From the IMG/VR virus record IMGVR_UViG_3300021387_000812: a stretch of DNA of 64,000 bases; one strand, given 5' to 3'. The notes below the pieces were generated by a model. It saw only the letters and a list, made by a program, of their open reading frames with translations, ran no database searches and was not told the origin of the DNA. A program made the translations under genes and the position numbers. This document shows, piece by piece, positions 27,952 through 37,749 of the stretch. The DNA comes from an uncultured virus (IMG/VR IMGVR_UViG_3300021387_000812) (Duplodnaviria > Heunggongvirae > Uroviricota > Caudoviricetes). Every line of letters begins with the position of its first letter. Positions within the stretch are counted from its first letter, which is position 1.

Positions 27952-28152
27952 GATGACTCATGCTCAAGAATAATCCCTAAGATTGTTCTTCTCCGGATGT
28001 CATCAGGAGAGTCTCTTTGATAAGGTTGATACCCCAGCAGCTGGAGTCGGGGCACTCCAGCTGCTGGGGACATCTCCGCTTTAGCGGTCGTCGTAAACGA
28101 CGACCGGTAAAGCTACGATTAAAAACAAGTTTTAGATGACATCTTAGAAGGG
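27943..28152 (+). ncRNA. Retron-like ncRNA C (remote copy)
   Basis: Arms CCCTTCTAAGATG..TCAT/ATGA-CATCTTAGAAGGG, G27962, same AT-GTC-AT hairpin and 3' hairpin plus AG as A and B. Confidence 0.62.
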
Positions 28153-28153
28153 A

Positions 28154-30025
28154 TTGGTAAATAAAATGGACGGCATTGCAAACGCGGTAATCAAACTGGC
28201 TGATAATCACTTTGGCGAATATAAGATCCGGAATGGTCAGATCATTCCCACCTATTGTCCCATCTGTCACGGCGGCGAGAGCCATGACAAGGAAACCTTT
28301 GCCATTGGCATGTGGAATGGCTCCTACAACTGCAAACGCGGCAGCTGCCCTGGCACAATGGGCAACGGCGTGGGCCGTGAAGGCTCCTTCAAACAGCTCT
28401 GCAACTACTTTGGCGAAGCGGCTTTCGAGTTCTCTGCGCTGCCGCAGTCTATCCGTGCCGCAAAGAAGACCTATGTAAAACCTGATCCGGATAAGTTCAA
28501 GCCGCTGTCCGAAGAAGCGATGACCTATCTGGCGAGTCGCTGCATCTCCGAGCAGACCGTCAAGGATTTCAAGCTCATGTCGGATGACAAGGGCAACATC
28601 GTCTTCCCGTTCTATCGGGATGGCGAACTGGTGTTTGTCAAGTACCGCAAGAGCAAGAAGCACGTCAAGGGTGAAGGACCCAAGGAGTGGCAGGATTCCA
28701 ACACGGAGCCGATTCTCTTTGGTATGGATAACACTTCCTTTAACCGGCCGCTGGTGATCTGCGAAGGTGAGATCGATGCCCTGTCTCTGTATGAAGCGGG
28801 CGTGCACAATGTTGTCTCTGTGCCCTGTGGGTGCAACAATATGGAATGGATTCAGCTCTGCTGGGAGTATATCGAAAAGTTCAATGAGATCATTCTCTTC
28901 GGCGACAACGACGAGCCCGGTATGGAGATGGTCTCTACGCTGATGAAGCGGCTGGGTGAAGATCGGTGCATGGTTCCGAAGGATTATCCGGAGTTGGTTT
29001 ACAATGGTAAGGATTATAACCGGCAATGCAAGGATGCGAATGAAATCCTGCTGTGCTACGGCCCTGAAGGGCTGAAGGCGCTGGTGGATGCCTGTGAGCC
29101 TGCTCCGATCAAGGGCGTGCTGGATGTGTCCACGATTAACTACGTAGACCCGGCGTCCGTGCCGCGTATTATGACAAAGATTCCCGCGCTGGATCAGCTG
29201 ATTGGCGGCTTTGGCGAAGCGGGTATCACTATTCTATCAGGTAAGCGTGCAGAAGGTAAGTCCACGATCACGTCCACATTCCTGCTCCAGGCAATCCAGC
29301 AGAACTACTCCTGCTGTGTCTACTCCGGAGAGCTGTCCGCCAGCAAGTTCCTGGAATGGATCATGCTGCCGGCAACTGAAAGCAAGTACGTAACCTATGT
29401 CACAGATAAGCGCAGTGGTAAGAACATCTGCAAGGTCCCACTGGAAATCCAGGAGCGCATTCGCAAGTGGATGGCCGGCAAGCTGTATCTGTTTGACAAC
29501 GCCTGCGCGTTCGAAGAAGATCAGCAGACCGCAGTGATGAAGGCATTTGAAATGTGCGCACGTCGGTATGGTTGCAAGCTTTTCGTAATTGACAACCTAA
29601 TGAGTCTCCTGACTACCGCCGATGAAGAGAACAAGGCTCAGGCCAGGTTCATGGCAAAGGTCAAAGGCTTTGCCAACAAATATAAGGTGCACGTCATCGT
29701 TATAGCGCATCCGCGCAAGGAGAAGGCTGACAGCACGTTCAGCAACGATACTGTTTCAGGTAGTTCAGTGATAACTAACCTTGCAGATAACGTATTTTCC
29801 ATAGAACGCCCTAACATCCGCGTCACCAAGAACCGCGATTTCGGAGAGACTGGTTACATTCTTTGTGACTACGATCCTATCAACCGCCGCATTTATCAGA
29901 AGAATCTGGGCGACCGCACCGTCTATGGCTGGGATCACACCGGTATCAAGATTCCGGAAGACCAGGCTTGCGCACTGCCGCAGTTCCAGATTCAGCCCGG
30001 CGAGAGTTCAAAAACTCCGTTCTGA
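28154..30025 (+). CDS. Primase-helicase (T7 gp4/Twinkle-like)
   Basis: CPIC Zn finger, TOPRIM (ICEGEIDALS, DNDEPG, KDANE), SF4 helicase (GKRAEGKS, IDNL, IAHPRK, SGS). Confidence 0.92.
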   Translation: MVNKMDGIANAVIKLADNHFGEYKIRNGQIIPTYCPICHGGESHDKETFAIGMWNGSYNCKRGSCPGTMGNGVGREGSFKQLCNYFGEAAFEFSALPQSIRAAKKTYVKPDPDKFKPLSEEAMTYLASRCISEQTVKDFKLMSDDKGNIVFPFYRDGELVFVKYRKSKKHVKGEGPKEWQDSNTEPILFGMDNTSFNRPLVICEGEIDALSLYEAGVHNVVSVPCGCNNMEWIQLCWEYIEKFNEIILFGDNDEPGMEMVSTLMKRLGEDRCMVPKDYPELVYNGKDYNRQCKDANEILLCYGPEGLKALVDACEPAPIKGVLDVSTINYVDPASVPRIMTKIPALDQLIGGFGEAGITILSGKRAEGKSTITSTFLLQAIQQNYSCCVYSGELSASKFLEWIMLPATESKYVTYVTDKRSGKNICKVPLEIQERIRKWMAGKLYLFDNACAFEEDQQTAVMKAFEMCARRYGCKLFVIDNLMSLLTTADEENKAQARFMAKVKGFANKYKVHVIVIAHPRKEKADSTFSNDTVSGSSVITNLADNVFSIERPNIRVTKNRDFGETGYILCDYDPINRRIYQKNLGDRTVYGWDHTGIKIPEDQACALPQFQIQPGESSKTPF

Positions 30026-30046
30026 TCAACAAGGAGAGATTAAACC

Positions 30047-30616
30047 ATGGGTCATAACATTGAATACTTTGAGTATAAAGAATCCGTCAGCCGGGCAGCC
30101 GTCCAGGCTGAGCTGGATAATTACGTCAAACACGCAACTTGGCAGGAAGGTGGGCATGGTACAGGCGGAATCCGTTGGAACGAGTATGAAGTTTGTAAAG
30201 ATTACGAGCAAGCTGTCAAGTGGATCGAATCTCATGACAAACATAACTACGATTGTCTTGCAGTCAGATATTACGCACCGGTTAATACGCCGAACAATAA
30301 GAAGCTCGAAGAACTCCAGCAAGCAGAGACCGCCGCGATGCATAAATGCGAAGAGAAGTCCAGGGTTATTTACCCATCCACGCTTACGTCCGAACTCATC
30401 ACCTGCAAATCCTGCGGCAGTAAGCTGGCCCGTAAATATCTGCATTCAAACTACTGCCCGGTATGCAGAGCAGATCTTCGTCCCGAATACATGCTCAAAA
30501 CAATCTCTGCCGCACAGCAGAAGTGGAACAATGCAATCCAAAAGCTGAACGAATATAAAATAAAACATAGCAAGAAGGAAATATACTGGTTAGTTAAGAT
30601 TGAATATCATACTTAA
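30047..30616 (+). CDS. Zn-finger hypothetical protein
   Basis: CKSCGS...CPVC; RBS. Confidence 0.75.
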   Translation: MGHNIEYFEYKESVSRAAVQAELDNYVKHATWQEGGHGTGGIRWNEYEVCKDYEQAVKWIESHDKHNYDCLAVRYYAPVNTPNNKKLEELQQAETAAMHKCEEKSRVIYPSTLTSELITCKSCGSKLARKYLHSNYCPVCRADLRPEYMLKTISAAQQKWNNAIQKLNEYKIKHSKKEIYWLVKIEYHT

Positions 30617-30629
30617 GGAGCGTGACAAT

Positions 30630-30803
30630 ATGTCGATCCATATCGTGTTCGAAAATGGCAGTAATCCTTACGTTCGGTATAACATGACAACTGATGAGTT
30701 CACCGAAGAGCTGGAAAAGTGGCAGGTCAACTACGAGATGTTGCCGGTCTCCGTTTTCGGTATGATATATTCTTATCTTGCAAAGGAGAAGACGAATGCC
30801 TAA
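30630..30803 (+). CDS. Hypothetical protein
   Basis: AAGGAG RBS. Confidence 0.6.
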   Translation: MSIHIVFENGSNPYVRYNMTTDEFTEELEKWQVNYEMLPVSVFGMIYSYLAKEKTNA

Positions 30804-31539
30804 CTATGTGATGAATGAAGTTACCTTCCGGGGCAACGAAGAAGAGATTAAGAAGCTGCGTGCTTTATTGAAGTCGAACGTAAACGAATTTGATTTCAAT
30901 AAGGTTATCCCGATGCCTGAGTCTCTGAATCTTGAAGACGGCAGCGATACTGAAGTCGCCATTCAGGCTGCCAAAGCGAAGCGCGCAGGAAAGATTCACT
31001 GCGATTACATCGAAGAACGAATCTGGGCCAGAGAGCGCCATACTTACGATGAGTGGGCGGCAATCGGTGAGAAGTATCTGCAGAATATTGACAAGTATGG
31101 TTTCCCAACCTGGTATGGCTGGCGAAATAAATACTGGGGAACAAAGTGGAACTCCGATGACGTCGAGTGGATCTCTGATAATACTGTGCGGTTTACCACA
31201 GCCTGGAATATGCCGCAGCCTGTGTACGAAAAAATCAGCGAGCTGTTCCCGGATCTCACGTTCTACGTTCTGTTTGCAGATGAAGATATCGGAAACAACT
31301 GTGGCCACGTCTGGTATGAAGAAGGCAACTTCAATGTTGAATACGATGGAGACGTGGAGCTTGCCTGCGAGCTGTGGGGTCTCGATCCATCCGAAATTGA
31401 GCAGTGCGAAGAAGAAGATTATGAATCTGCTGTGTGGCAGGATGGGTATGACGAAGACGACGAGTACGACGACGAAGAACCGGAAACTGAGGAGCTGACG
31501 AATGAGCATGAACGTGTATTTACTACTGCAGGAAACTGA
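30796..31539 (+). CDS. DUF1281/YubB-like protein
   Basis: MPN...N, FDFNKVIPMP, WY.WR..WGTKWN, F.TAW..P motifs. Confidence 0.75.
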   Translation: MPNYVMNEVTFRGNEEEIKKLRALLKSNVNEFDFNKVIPMPESLNLEDGSDTEVAIQAAKAKRAGKIHCDYIEERIWARERHTYDEWAAIGEKYLQNIDKYGFPTWYGWRNKYWGTKWNSDDVEWISDNTVRFTTAWNMPQPVYEKISELFPDLTFYVLFADEDIGNNCGHVWYEEGNFNVEYDGDVELACELWGLDPSEIEQCEEEDYESAVWQDGYDEDDEYDDEEPETEELTNEHERVFTTAGN

Positions 31540-31735
31540 ACAACCGGAGTTCCAGAATAAGTTCGCCGTCCCGGCGTACCCTTCGTCCGTAGTCCTGGGT
31601 GTTTATAAAGATAGGGCCCGAGCAGAGAACGAGAAGCTTCATCTGGAAACCGAAGACGAAAACAAAAGGAAACTTGGTAATCAAAACATTGATTCTACAT
31701 ATTACCTTATTGACGAGCGGCCGGTTCTTGAATGA
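31502..31735 (+). CDS. Hypothetical protein
   Basis: ORF packing; RBS. Confidence 0.6.
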   Translation: MSMNVYLLLQETEQPEFQNKFAVPAYPSSVVLGVYKDRARAENEKLHLETEDENKRKLGNQNIDSTYYLIDERPVLE

Positions 31736-31762
31736 GCCGGTCGCTCATTTTTAACGAAAGGA

Positions 31763-32578
31763 GTGATGTGTTTGAGCTTGCTTAGAGATGGGCACAGATA
31801 CAGTTACTCTCAGTTGTCATCCTTCTCCGAATGTCCCTTCAGTTATTACCTGAAGCATATCGAAGGAGTAAAGGATCAGTCCAATGGTTTTGCGGAGCAG
31901 GGTACTCTGATTCACGACCTGCTGGATAAGTGGGCCAAGAAGGAGCTGACGATCGATCAGCTGGCGCCGGAGTATGCACGCCGCTATCCGGATGAAGTGG
32001 TCACATCCTTCCCAAGGATGCTCACCGCAAAAGGATATGCGGAGAAGACCTACCTGCAGGGCTTAACCTACTTCGAAAATTTCAACGGTTTTCCTGGATT
32101 CTCAGTAGTCTCAGCCGAAGAGAAGTTTGATATGCCGCTTCGCTTGACGGATGGTACAGAGCGGCCGTTCATAGCTTTTGTTGACCTGGTTCTCCGCAAT
32201 GATTTTACCGGCGGCCTTGTCGTGCTGGATCACAAATCCAAATCCTGGGCTGAGTTCAGGCGGCATCGCGAAGAGATGTATAAGCAGCAGTATCTTTACT
32301 CCTATTTTGTCCACGAAAAGTATAACGAATGGCCGGAGTCTCTGATGTTCAACCTGTTTAAAGCCGAAGGGAAGACAGATGAACAGCAGTTCTCCAAAGA
32401 GAAGTTTGATGAAGTGATGCAGTGGGCAACCGACGCCATCAATCAGATTGAATCCTATGAGATTATGGACTGGATGGAGTGCAAGGAGCAGAAGACTCCC
32501 GGCAAACCGGACATGTTCTGCATGGAGATCTGCGGTACACGCGGCGAATGCCCGAACTCGATTGTACGAAAAGGATAA
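31763..32578 (+). CDS. PD-(D/E)XK exonuclease (AddB/Cas4-like, probable Fe-S)
   Basis: SYSQL..F.ECP, GTLIH, E..F, VDLV, DHKS, Q..LY, three C-terminal Cys. Confidence 0.85.
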   Translation: MMCLSLLRDGHRYSYSQLSSFSECPFSYYLKHIEGVKDQSNGFAEQGTLIHDLLDKWAKKELTIDQLAPEYARRYPDEVVTSFPRMLTAKGYAEKTYLQGLTYFENFNGFPGFSVVSAEEKFDMPLRLTDGTERPFIAFVDLVLRNDFTGGLVVLDHKSKSWAEFRRHREEMYKQQYLYSYFVHEKYNEWPESLMFNLFKAEGKTDEQQFSKEKFDEVMQWATDAINQIESYEIMDWMECKEQKTPGKPDMFCMEICGTRGECPNSIVRKG

Positions 32579-32580
32579 TT

Positions 32581-32793
32581 ATGATCAGAGAGATTAAAGA
32601 TAGAACATCTTCGCCCGCAATCTCCCATGCCGAACGAGAGCAAAGGCAGATGGCCGGACTGGCGCTGACAATCCGTGCCGGTCGGTGCAATCCTGCCTGG
32701 TCCGAAGAGAAGCGCAAGGCGTTTACTGGTATTTACCGGCGGCTGTTAACTGATCCAATTGAAGAAGTAAAGAGAGTTGCTGGGGAAAGGTAA
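32581..32793 (+). CDS. Hypothetical protein
   Basis: AAAGGA RBS. Confidence 0.55.
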   Translation: MIREIKDRTSSPAISHAEREQRQMAGLALTIRAGRCNPAWSEEKRKAFTGIYRRLLTDPIEEVKRVAGER

Positions 32794-32841
32794 TAAGTCT
32801 GAAACAAAACAAAATATACATCATCTAAGGAGTGATGTTAT

Positions 32842-33474
32842 TTGAATAAATCAAAAGTAAAAGAGTTGAACCCAGAAGCGTATAACATACTGCGGCACAA
32901 GTGGGGTTCAATGATAACCAGGTGCACCAATCCCAAATCGAAAAACTATGTTAATTATGGTGGCCGCGGCATTACTGTTTGTGATGAATGGCGGAAGTTT
33001 GCAAATTTTTTCCTGTGGAGCATTAATAATGGATTCGAACCGGGATTAAGCATTGATAGGATCGACGTTAACAAAGGATATAGCCCAGATAACTGTAGGT
33101 ATATAACCCTGGAACAGCAACAACGAAACAGAAGGGATAACAGAAGTTTCACAGATCCTTTCGACGGCGAACAACTTTGCTTAGCGGCTATGGCAAAAAA
33201 GTATGATATTCCGGAAGATACTTTTCGTAAACGGATCGATAAATATCACATGCCCTTGGAAAAAGCTTTAACAAAACCAAACGGAGAGACTGTTCGATGG
33301 CATATTGTAATAGATCCCACAGACGGAGAACGTTTATGTCTAACAGACCTTGCACGCAAACATAATATACCACCGTTAACATTGGCAACAAGAATAAGGA
33401 ATGGATGGAACTTGGAAACAGCCGTCCTTGAACCTGTAAAAAGAAGGATGGGCAATAAAGATGGTGCAATTTGA
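32842..33474 (+). CDS. Free-standing HNH homing endonuclease
   Basis: RC.NP...YGGRGI.VC.EW, SIDRID...GYSPDNCR; low GC; overlaps dnaE start. Confidence 0.85.
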   Translation: MNKSKVKELNPEAYNILRHKWGSMITRCTNPKSKNYVNYGGRGITVCDEWRKFANFFLWSINNGFEPGLSIDRIDVNKGYSPDNCRYITLEQQQRNRRDNRSFTDPFDGEQLCLAAMAKKYDIPEDTFRKRIDKYHMPLEKALTKPNGETVRWHIVIDPTDGERLCLTDLARKHNIPPLTLATRIRNGWNLETAVLEPVKRRMGNKDGAI

Positions 33475-36400
33475 ACCTTATCATGTGCACAGTTGTTATA
33501 GCAATCCTTTAACAGCTCCTGACTCAACTATGTTCATTAAAGACTATGCCAAAGTCTACCGCGAACGCGGACACAAGGTTCTTTGTCTGTCTGAGCATGG
33601 TAATCGATCCAACGTATGGGAACAATTCGATATCTGCGAATCCTACAAGAACGACAAGACGAATCCGTACACGATGACTCCGATTGCGGCGGCCGAAGTT
33701 TACTTTGTGCCGGACCGCAAGGCAGAGATCGATGGCAAGCGGGATGCCCGTAACTTCCACCTGATTCTCGTAGCGAAGAACCAGGAAGGATTCTACGAGC
33801 TCAACGAGATTCTGTCTGAAGCGAACATCAGCGGGTATTACTATCATGCCCGTGTGGATTTCGATCTGCTTGGCCAATTGAACTATAAGAACTTCATGTG
33901 CACCACTGCCTGTGTTGCCGGAATCTGTAAAGATGAGAACTACGAGCGCCTGGCCTGCCAGTTAGGAGAGATCTTCCGGGAGAACTTCTACCTTGAAGTC
34001 CAGCATCACCCGCAGGAGATCCAAAAGGAAACCAATATGAAGATTCTGCGGCTGTACCAAAAGTATAGATGGCCGCTGATCTATGGAACAGACTCACATT
34101 ATGTCAACAAGTCAGATAAGATTCTTCGCACAGAGCTGATGCTCTCCAAGGGAATTAGTTACGGCGATGAAGACTCCTTTGATCTCCATCTCCCAACGGC
34201 GCAGGAAGCCTATCAGCTTCTGCTGGATCAGGAGATCCTGTCCAGAGCGCAGATCGAAGAAGCGATGGAGAATACACTAATTCTCCGGGAGTTCGAAGGC
34301 GTCAGCTTCTCTAAGGAGAAGAAGATCCCGAATGCCTATCCGGGCATGACAATCGAAGAACGCAACAATCTCTATAAAACAACCTGCATGAATGAGTATA
34401 TCCGCAAGGCGGGTGTGCCAACAGAAGAAGAAGCCAAAGAACTGCAGAATGAAATGGATGCTGTGGCGGATACCGGCACGGCAGATTACTTCCTGCTCTG
34501 CAAACGCATCGTCGATAAAGGCAGAGAGTACGGCGGCGTCATCACTAAGACCGGAAGGGGATCAGGATCATCCTTCGCTACCAACTTCAGCCTTGGATTT
34601 ACGTCGTTGAACAGGCTGCACAGCCCGGTTAAGCTCTATCCTGAACGCTTCATCAGCAAGGAGAGAATGGCGGCCGGCATACTCCCGGATCTTGACATAA
34701 ATTTAACAAATGTCGAAGCTTTTGAAAGAGCCGGGCAAGAGATCCTTGGTCAGTACGGCTGTCTGCCAATGATCAACTATGGCACAACCAAAGCGCTGTC
34801 TGCTTTCAAGCTGCTGGCAAAAGCCAGAGACCTTGAGTTCTCCCTGGCGAACGAAGTTTCCAAACAGATTAAAGCCTACGAGACAGACGTGAAGCATGCC
34901 ATCGAGAACAACGCGGATGACCCGGATTACAACGTAGATGACGACGTGCAGATTGAATCCTATGTGGAACAGAAGTATCTCAATCTGATCGAAGACTCAC
35001 GGAAGTATAAGGATATTGTTCTGTCCGTAGGTCCGCATCCCTGTGCGCATCTCCTTCTGGATAAGGACATCCGCCGGGAGATCGGCGTCATCAAAATCAA
35101 AGGAGATAAGATCGTCACCTATATCGACGGCACAACAGCGGACGCGTACGGCTATTTGAAGCTGGACCTGCTGCGCGTAACAGTCGTTGAGATCATCGCC
35201 AAAACCTTCCAGCGCATCGGGCTTCCGGTTATGGACGTAGATGAACTACTGGCTAAAATCAAAGATGATGAAGCGGTCTGGAACCTGTACGCAAACGGTG
35301 TAACCCAGGGACTCAACCAATGCGAGCAACCCAAGGCGACAGAGCGCGTCATGCGCTACAAGCCGCGCAACGTAGTGGAGCTCAGCGCATATGTTGCTGC
35401 CATCCGTCCGGGCTTTAAATCAATGCTGGAAACCTTTGTGTCCAGAACGCCATTCAAGTATAATATTCCATCTCTTGATAAGCTTCTGGCTTCCAAAGAG
35501 ATCCCAGATTCATTCTTGATGTACGACGAGCAGGTGCTTTCCATCCTGATCTCCGCCGGCATCAACGCGGCGGATGCGTATGTCTGCCTGAAGGGTATCA
35601 AAAAGAAGAAGTTCGATAAAGTCGAAGCTTTCAAAGAAGTATTCAAAGAAGGCTATGCTAAACACCTGATGCAGGATGAAGGCGCCACTCAAAAAGAAGC
35701 AGAGAAGATTGTTGCTAACGTGTGGGGAATCATTGAAGCCAGTGCGTCCTATCTCTTCAACGCTTCGCACAGTCTTTGCATGGGCTGTGACAGCCTGTAT
35801 GTAGCCTGGCTTAAGGCGCACTATCCTTATGAACTGTACGCAACAATGCTCCAGATCTTCAGCGAGAAGAAGAACAAGGACAAGATTGCAAACATCATCG
35901 CCGAGATGCAGCGCAGCCAGGGCATCCAGATTACTCCCGGCCGCTTCGGTCAGGATAATCGTGACTGGCTGATCGACAAGGAGAATAAAACCATCAGCCA
36001 GAATCTTGCCGGCATTAGGTATATATCACCGCAGGCTGCAAAAGAACTTTACGAACTTGGCAAACAGGATATGGCAGTCATAGGTACAGATTACCTGCCA
36101 GATGTCTTCACGCAGGATGCTAAGAAGCGGCTCGCAAAACTTCGCAAGCAGCTTAAACCGCTGCAGGAGAAGGCAGAAGCGTTCCTGAATAATGGTGGCG
36201 ATGAGTTCGATGCGGAGTTCCTGGACCTGTACGACCAGGGCATGCCGCTGGAACAGGAGATCAAACGAATCAAGTCAGATCCGGCGTCTTATGCGCAGCG
36301 GGCAAAGATGGTAGACAGATATGGTAAGCTGGATTGCTTCACGAATGTGCTTCGCGCAATCCAGATGAACACCATCCTGGATACCCGGAATATCCAGATC

Positions 36401-36913
36401 CTGATCGGCCTGAACTACTTCGCGAAGTTTGGTAAGGCCGGCAAACTGATGAAGGTCTATGAATACTTCTTCAACGGTGATAAGAAGGTATCCAAAACCG
36501 TAAAATCCTTCGAAGCCCGGCTGGAAAACTGCCGCCAGTATGAAGCTTCGCTGGAAGACTCCGAGCTCCCGGCCGGCTTGCGCCTGCGTTATGAGCTCGA
36601 AAACATCGGCCTTTGTCTGTCCACCGCGCCCGACGCTCCGACCAACGCCTATTTCGTTACGGAGATCGACGATAAGTACAGCATCAAGGTGAAGCTGTAC
36701 AGTCTGGTTCGCGGCACGACTGGCACAGTAAAAATCACAAAGAAGGATTACAAACAGCCGATGATGGAAGGCTCCTGTATTCTCATCGAGCATTCTCAGA
36801 AGCGGCCGAAATACGCCTACAATAAAGGGCAAAGAACTGTGGTCCCAGGTGAAGTAGATATCTGGGTCACAGATTACAGGGTTATGCAAAAGGGAGAAGC
36901 GAACGTCGCATGA
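33461..36913 (+). CDS. dnaE: DNA polymerase III alpha subunit (family C)
   Basis: PHP domain (HVHS, EHG, DSHY), GRGSG, PDLD, KLDLL, YLFNASHS. Confidence 0.95.
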   Translation: MVQFEPYHVHSCYSNPLTAPDSTMFIKDYAKVYRERGHKVLCLSEHGNRSNVWEQFDICESYKNDKTNPYTMTPIAAAEVYFVPDRKAEIDGKRDARNFHLILVAKNQEGFYELNEILSEANISGYYYHARVDFDLLGQLNYKNFMCTTACVAGICKDENYERLACQLGEIFRENFYLEVQHHPQEIQKETNMKILRLYQKYRWPLIYGTDSHYVNKSDKILRTELMLSKGISYGDEDSFDLHLPTAQEAYQLLLDQEILSRAQIEEAMENTLILREFEGVSFSKEKKIPNAYPGMTIEERNNLYKTTCMNEYIRKAGVPTEEEAKELQNEMDAVADTGTADYFLLCKRIVDKGREYGGVITKTGRGSGSSFATNFSLGFTSLNRLHSPVKLYPERFISKERMAAGILPDLDINLTNVEAFERAGQEILGQYGCLPMINYGTTKALSAFKLLAKARDLEFSLANEVSKQIKAYETDVKHAIENNADDPDYNVDDDVQIESYVEQKYLNLIEDSRKYKDIVLSVGPHPCAHLLLDKDIRREIGVIKIKGDKIVTYIDGTTADAYGYLKLDLLRVTVVEIIAKTFQRIGLPVMDVDELLAKIKDDEAVWNLYANGVTQGLNQCEQPKATERVMRYKPRNVVELSAYVAAIRPGFKSMLETFVSRTPFKYNIPSLDKLLASKEIPDSFLMYDEQVLSILISAGINAADAYVCLKGIKKKKFDKVEAFKEVFKEGYAKHLMQDEGATQKEAEKIVANVWGIIEASASYLFNASHSLCMGCDSLYVAWLKAHYPYELYATMLQIFSEKKNKDKIANIIAEMQRSQGIQITPGRFGQDNRDWLIDKENKTISQNLAGIRYISPQAAKELYELGKQDMAVIGTDYLPDVFTQDAKKRLAKLRKQLKPLQEKAEAFLNNGGDEFDAEFLDLYDQGMPLEQEIKRIKSDPASYAQRAKMVDRYGKLDCFTNVLRAIQMNTILDTRNIQILIGLNYFAKFGKAGKLMKVYEYFFNGDKKVSKTVKSFEARLENCRQYEASLEDSELPAGLRLRYELENIGLCLSTAPDAPTNAYFVTEIDDKYSIKVKLYSLVRGTTGTVKITKKDYKQPMMEGSCILIEHSQKRPKYAYNKGQRTVVPGEVDIWVTDYRVMQKGEANVA

Positions 36914-36963
36914 CGTTCGCTCTCTAAACTAAAAAGACTCCAATAGAGATAAGGGGTAGAAGC

Positions 36964-37263
36964 ATGGAACGAATTTATGGAATCCCAAGCCTGTTCGGCG
37001 GGCAGGACTTCTATAATCAGAGCGGCGAGCGTGTCGGATATTCTGTGCCGGGCATCGGTGGTGGAGAAGATTATTACTTCACCAACGGCCAGTCAGGATA
37101 CACGGTGGATTCTGTTCTCGGCGGCCAGGATTACTACGGTTCAGAAGGGGAACAGGTACACACCGTCCCGTCCGTTCTCGGCGGAGAAGATATCTTCGGA
37201 GACGTGTCTGGCTTTAGCGTGGATTCGATCCTGGGTGGTTCGGATGTGTTCCTGTACGAGTGA
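36964..37263 (+). CDS. Gly-rich repeat protein
   Basis: Five S/G-xx-GG-x-D-(Y/F/I/V) repeats of about 18-21 aa. Confidence 0.7.
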   Translation: MERIYGIPSLFGGQDFYNQSGERVGYSVPGIGGGEDYYFTNGQSGYTVDSVLGGQDYYGSEGEQVHTVPSVLGGEDIFGDVSGFSVDSILGGSDVFLYE

Positions 37264-37299
37264 TAAAAAGGAGTCCCAAAAGAAAGAAGGGACTTACTT

Positions 37300-37746
37300 A
37301 TGGGCTACATGCTGCCCTTGCGGTTTATCAAGGTATCCAATCGAAATTTAGATCCTAAAAAACAATTCGATGTAACAATCTGCGCAACGAGAATCGTTGC
37401 AATCATGTCAACGAAATCATATCAGGCCCGGCGTGCCATTCACGATGAAAAGAAGTCCGGCACGCTGATCAATGCCTGCGGTCAGGCGGCTGCGAAGTCC
37501 GCCATCTTCCTGGATAACGGCACGGTGGTGGCTTCGCCGCTCTCAGCCAATGTTCTGCTCAACGCAATCGAGCGTTCCAATCAGGCGGCCGGCGTAAAGA
37601 AGGTCGCAAGAATGCGAGTCTATGATGTCTATGATGACGATCCAACAGAAGATACGGAAGAACAGGATGAAGTAGGAGCCTATCTGGATGACATCGAAGA
37701 AGATGAAGACGACGATCTGATCGATACGGATTTCGACGACGAATAA
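37300..37746 (+). CDS. RemA/DUF370-like regulator with acidic tail
   Basis: RIVAIMS..S..ARR.I......LINA.......SAIFLD aligns by eye with RemA. Confidence 0.65.
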   Translation: MGYMLPLRFIKVSNRNLDPKKQFDVTICATRIVAIMSTKSYQARRAIHDEKKSGTLINACGQAAAKSAIFLDNGTVVASPLSANVLLNAIERSNQAAGVKKVARMRVYDVYDDDPTEDTEEQDEVGAYLDDIEEDEDDDLIDTDFDDE

Positions 37747-37749
37747 CGG

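Noticed and set aside
31763..32578. CRISPR-associated Cas4 for the repeat array
   Set aside because: About 18 kb away inside the replication module; such nucleases are routine phage recombination genes.
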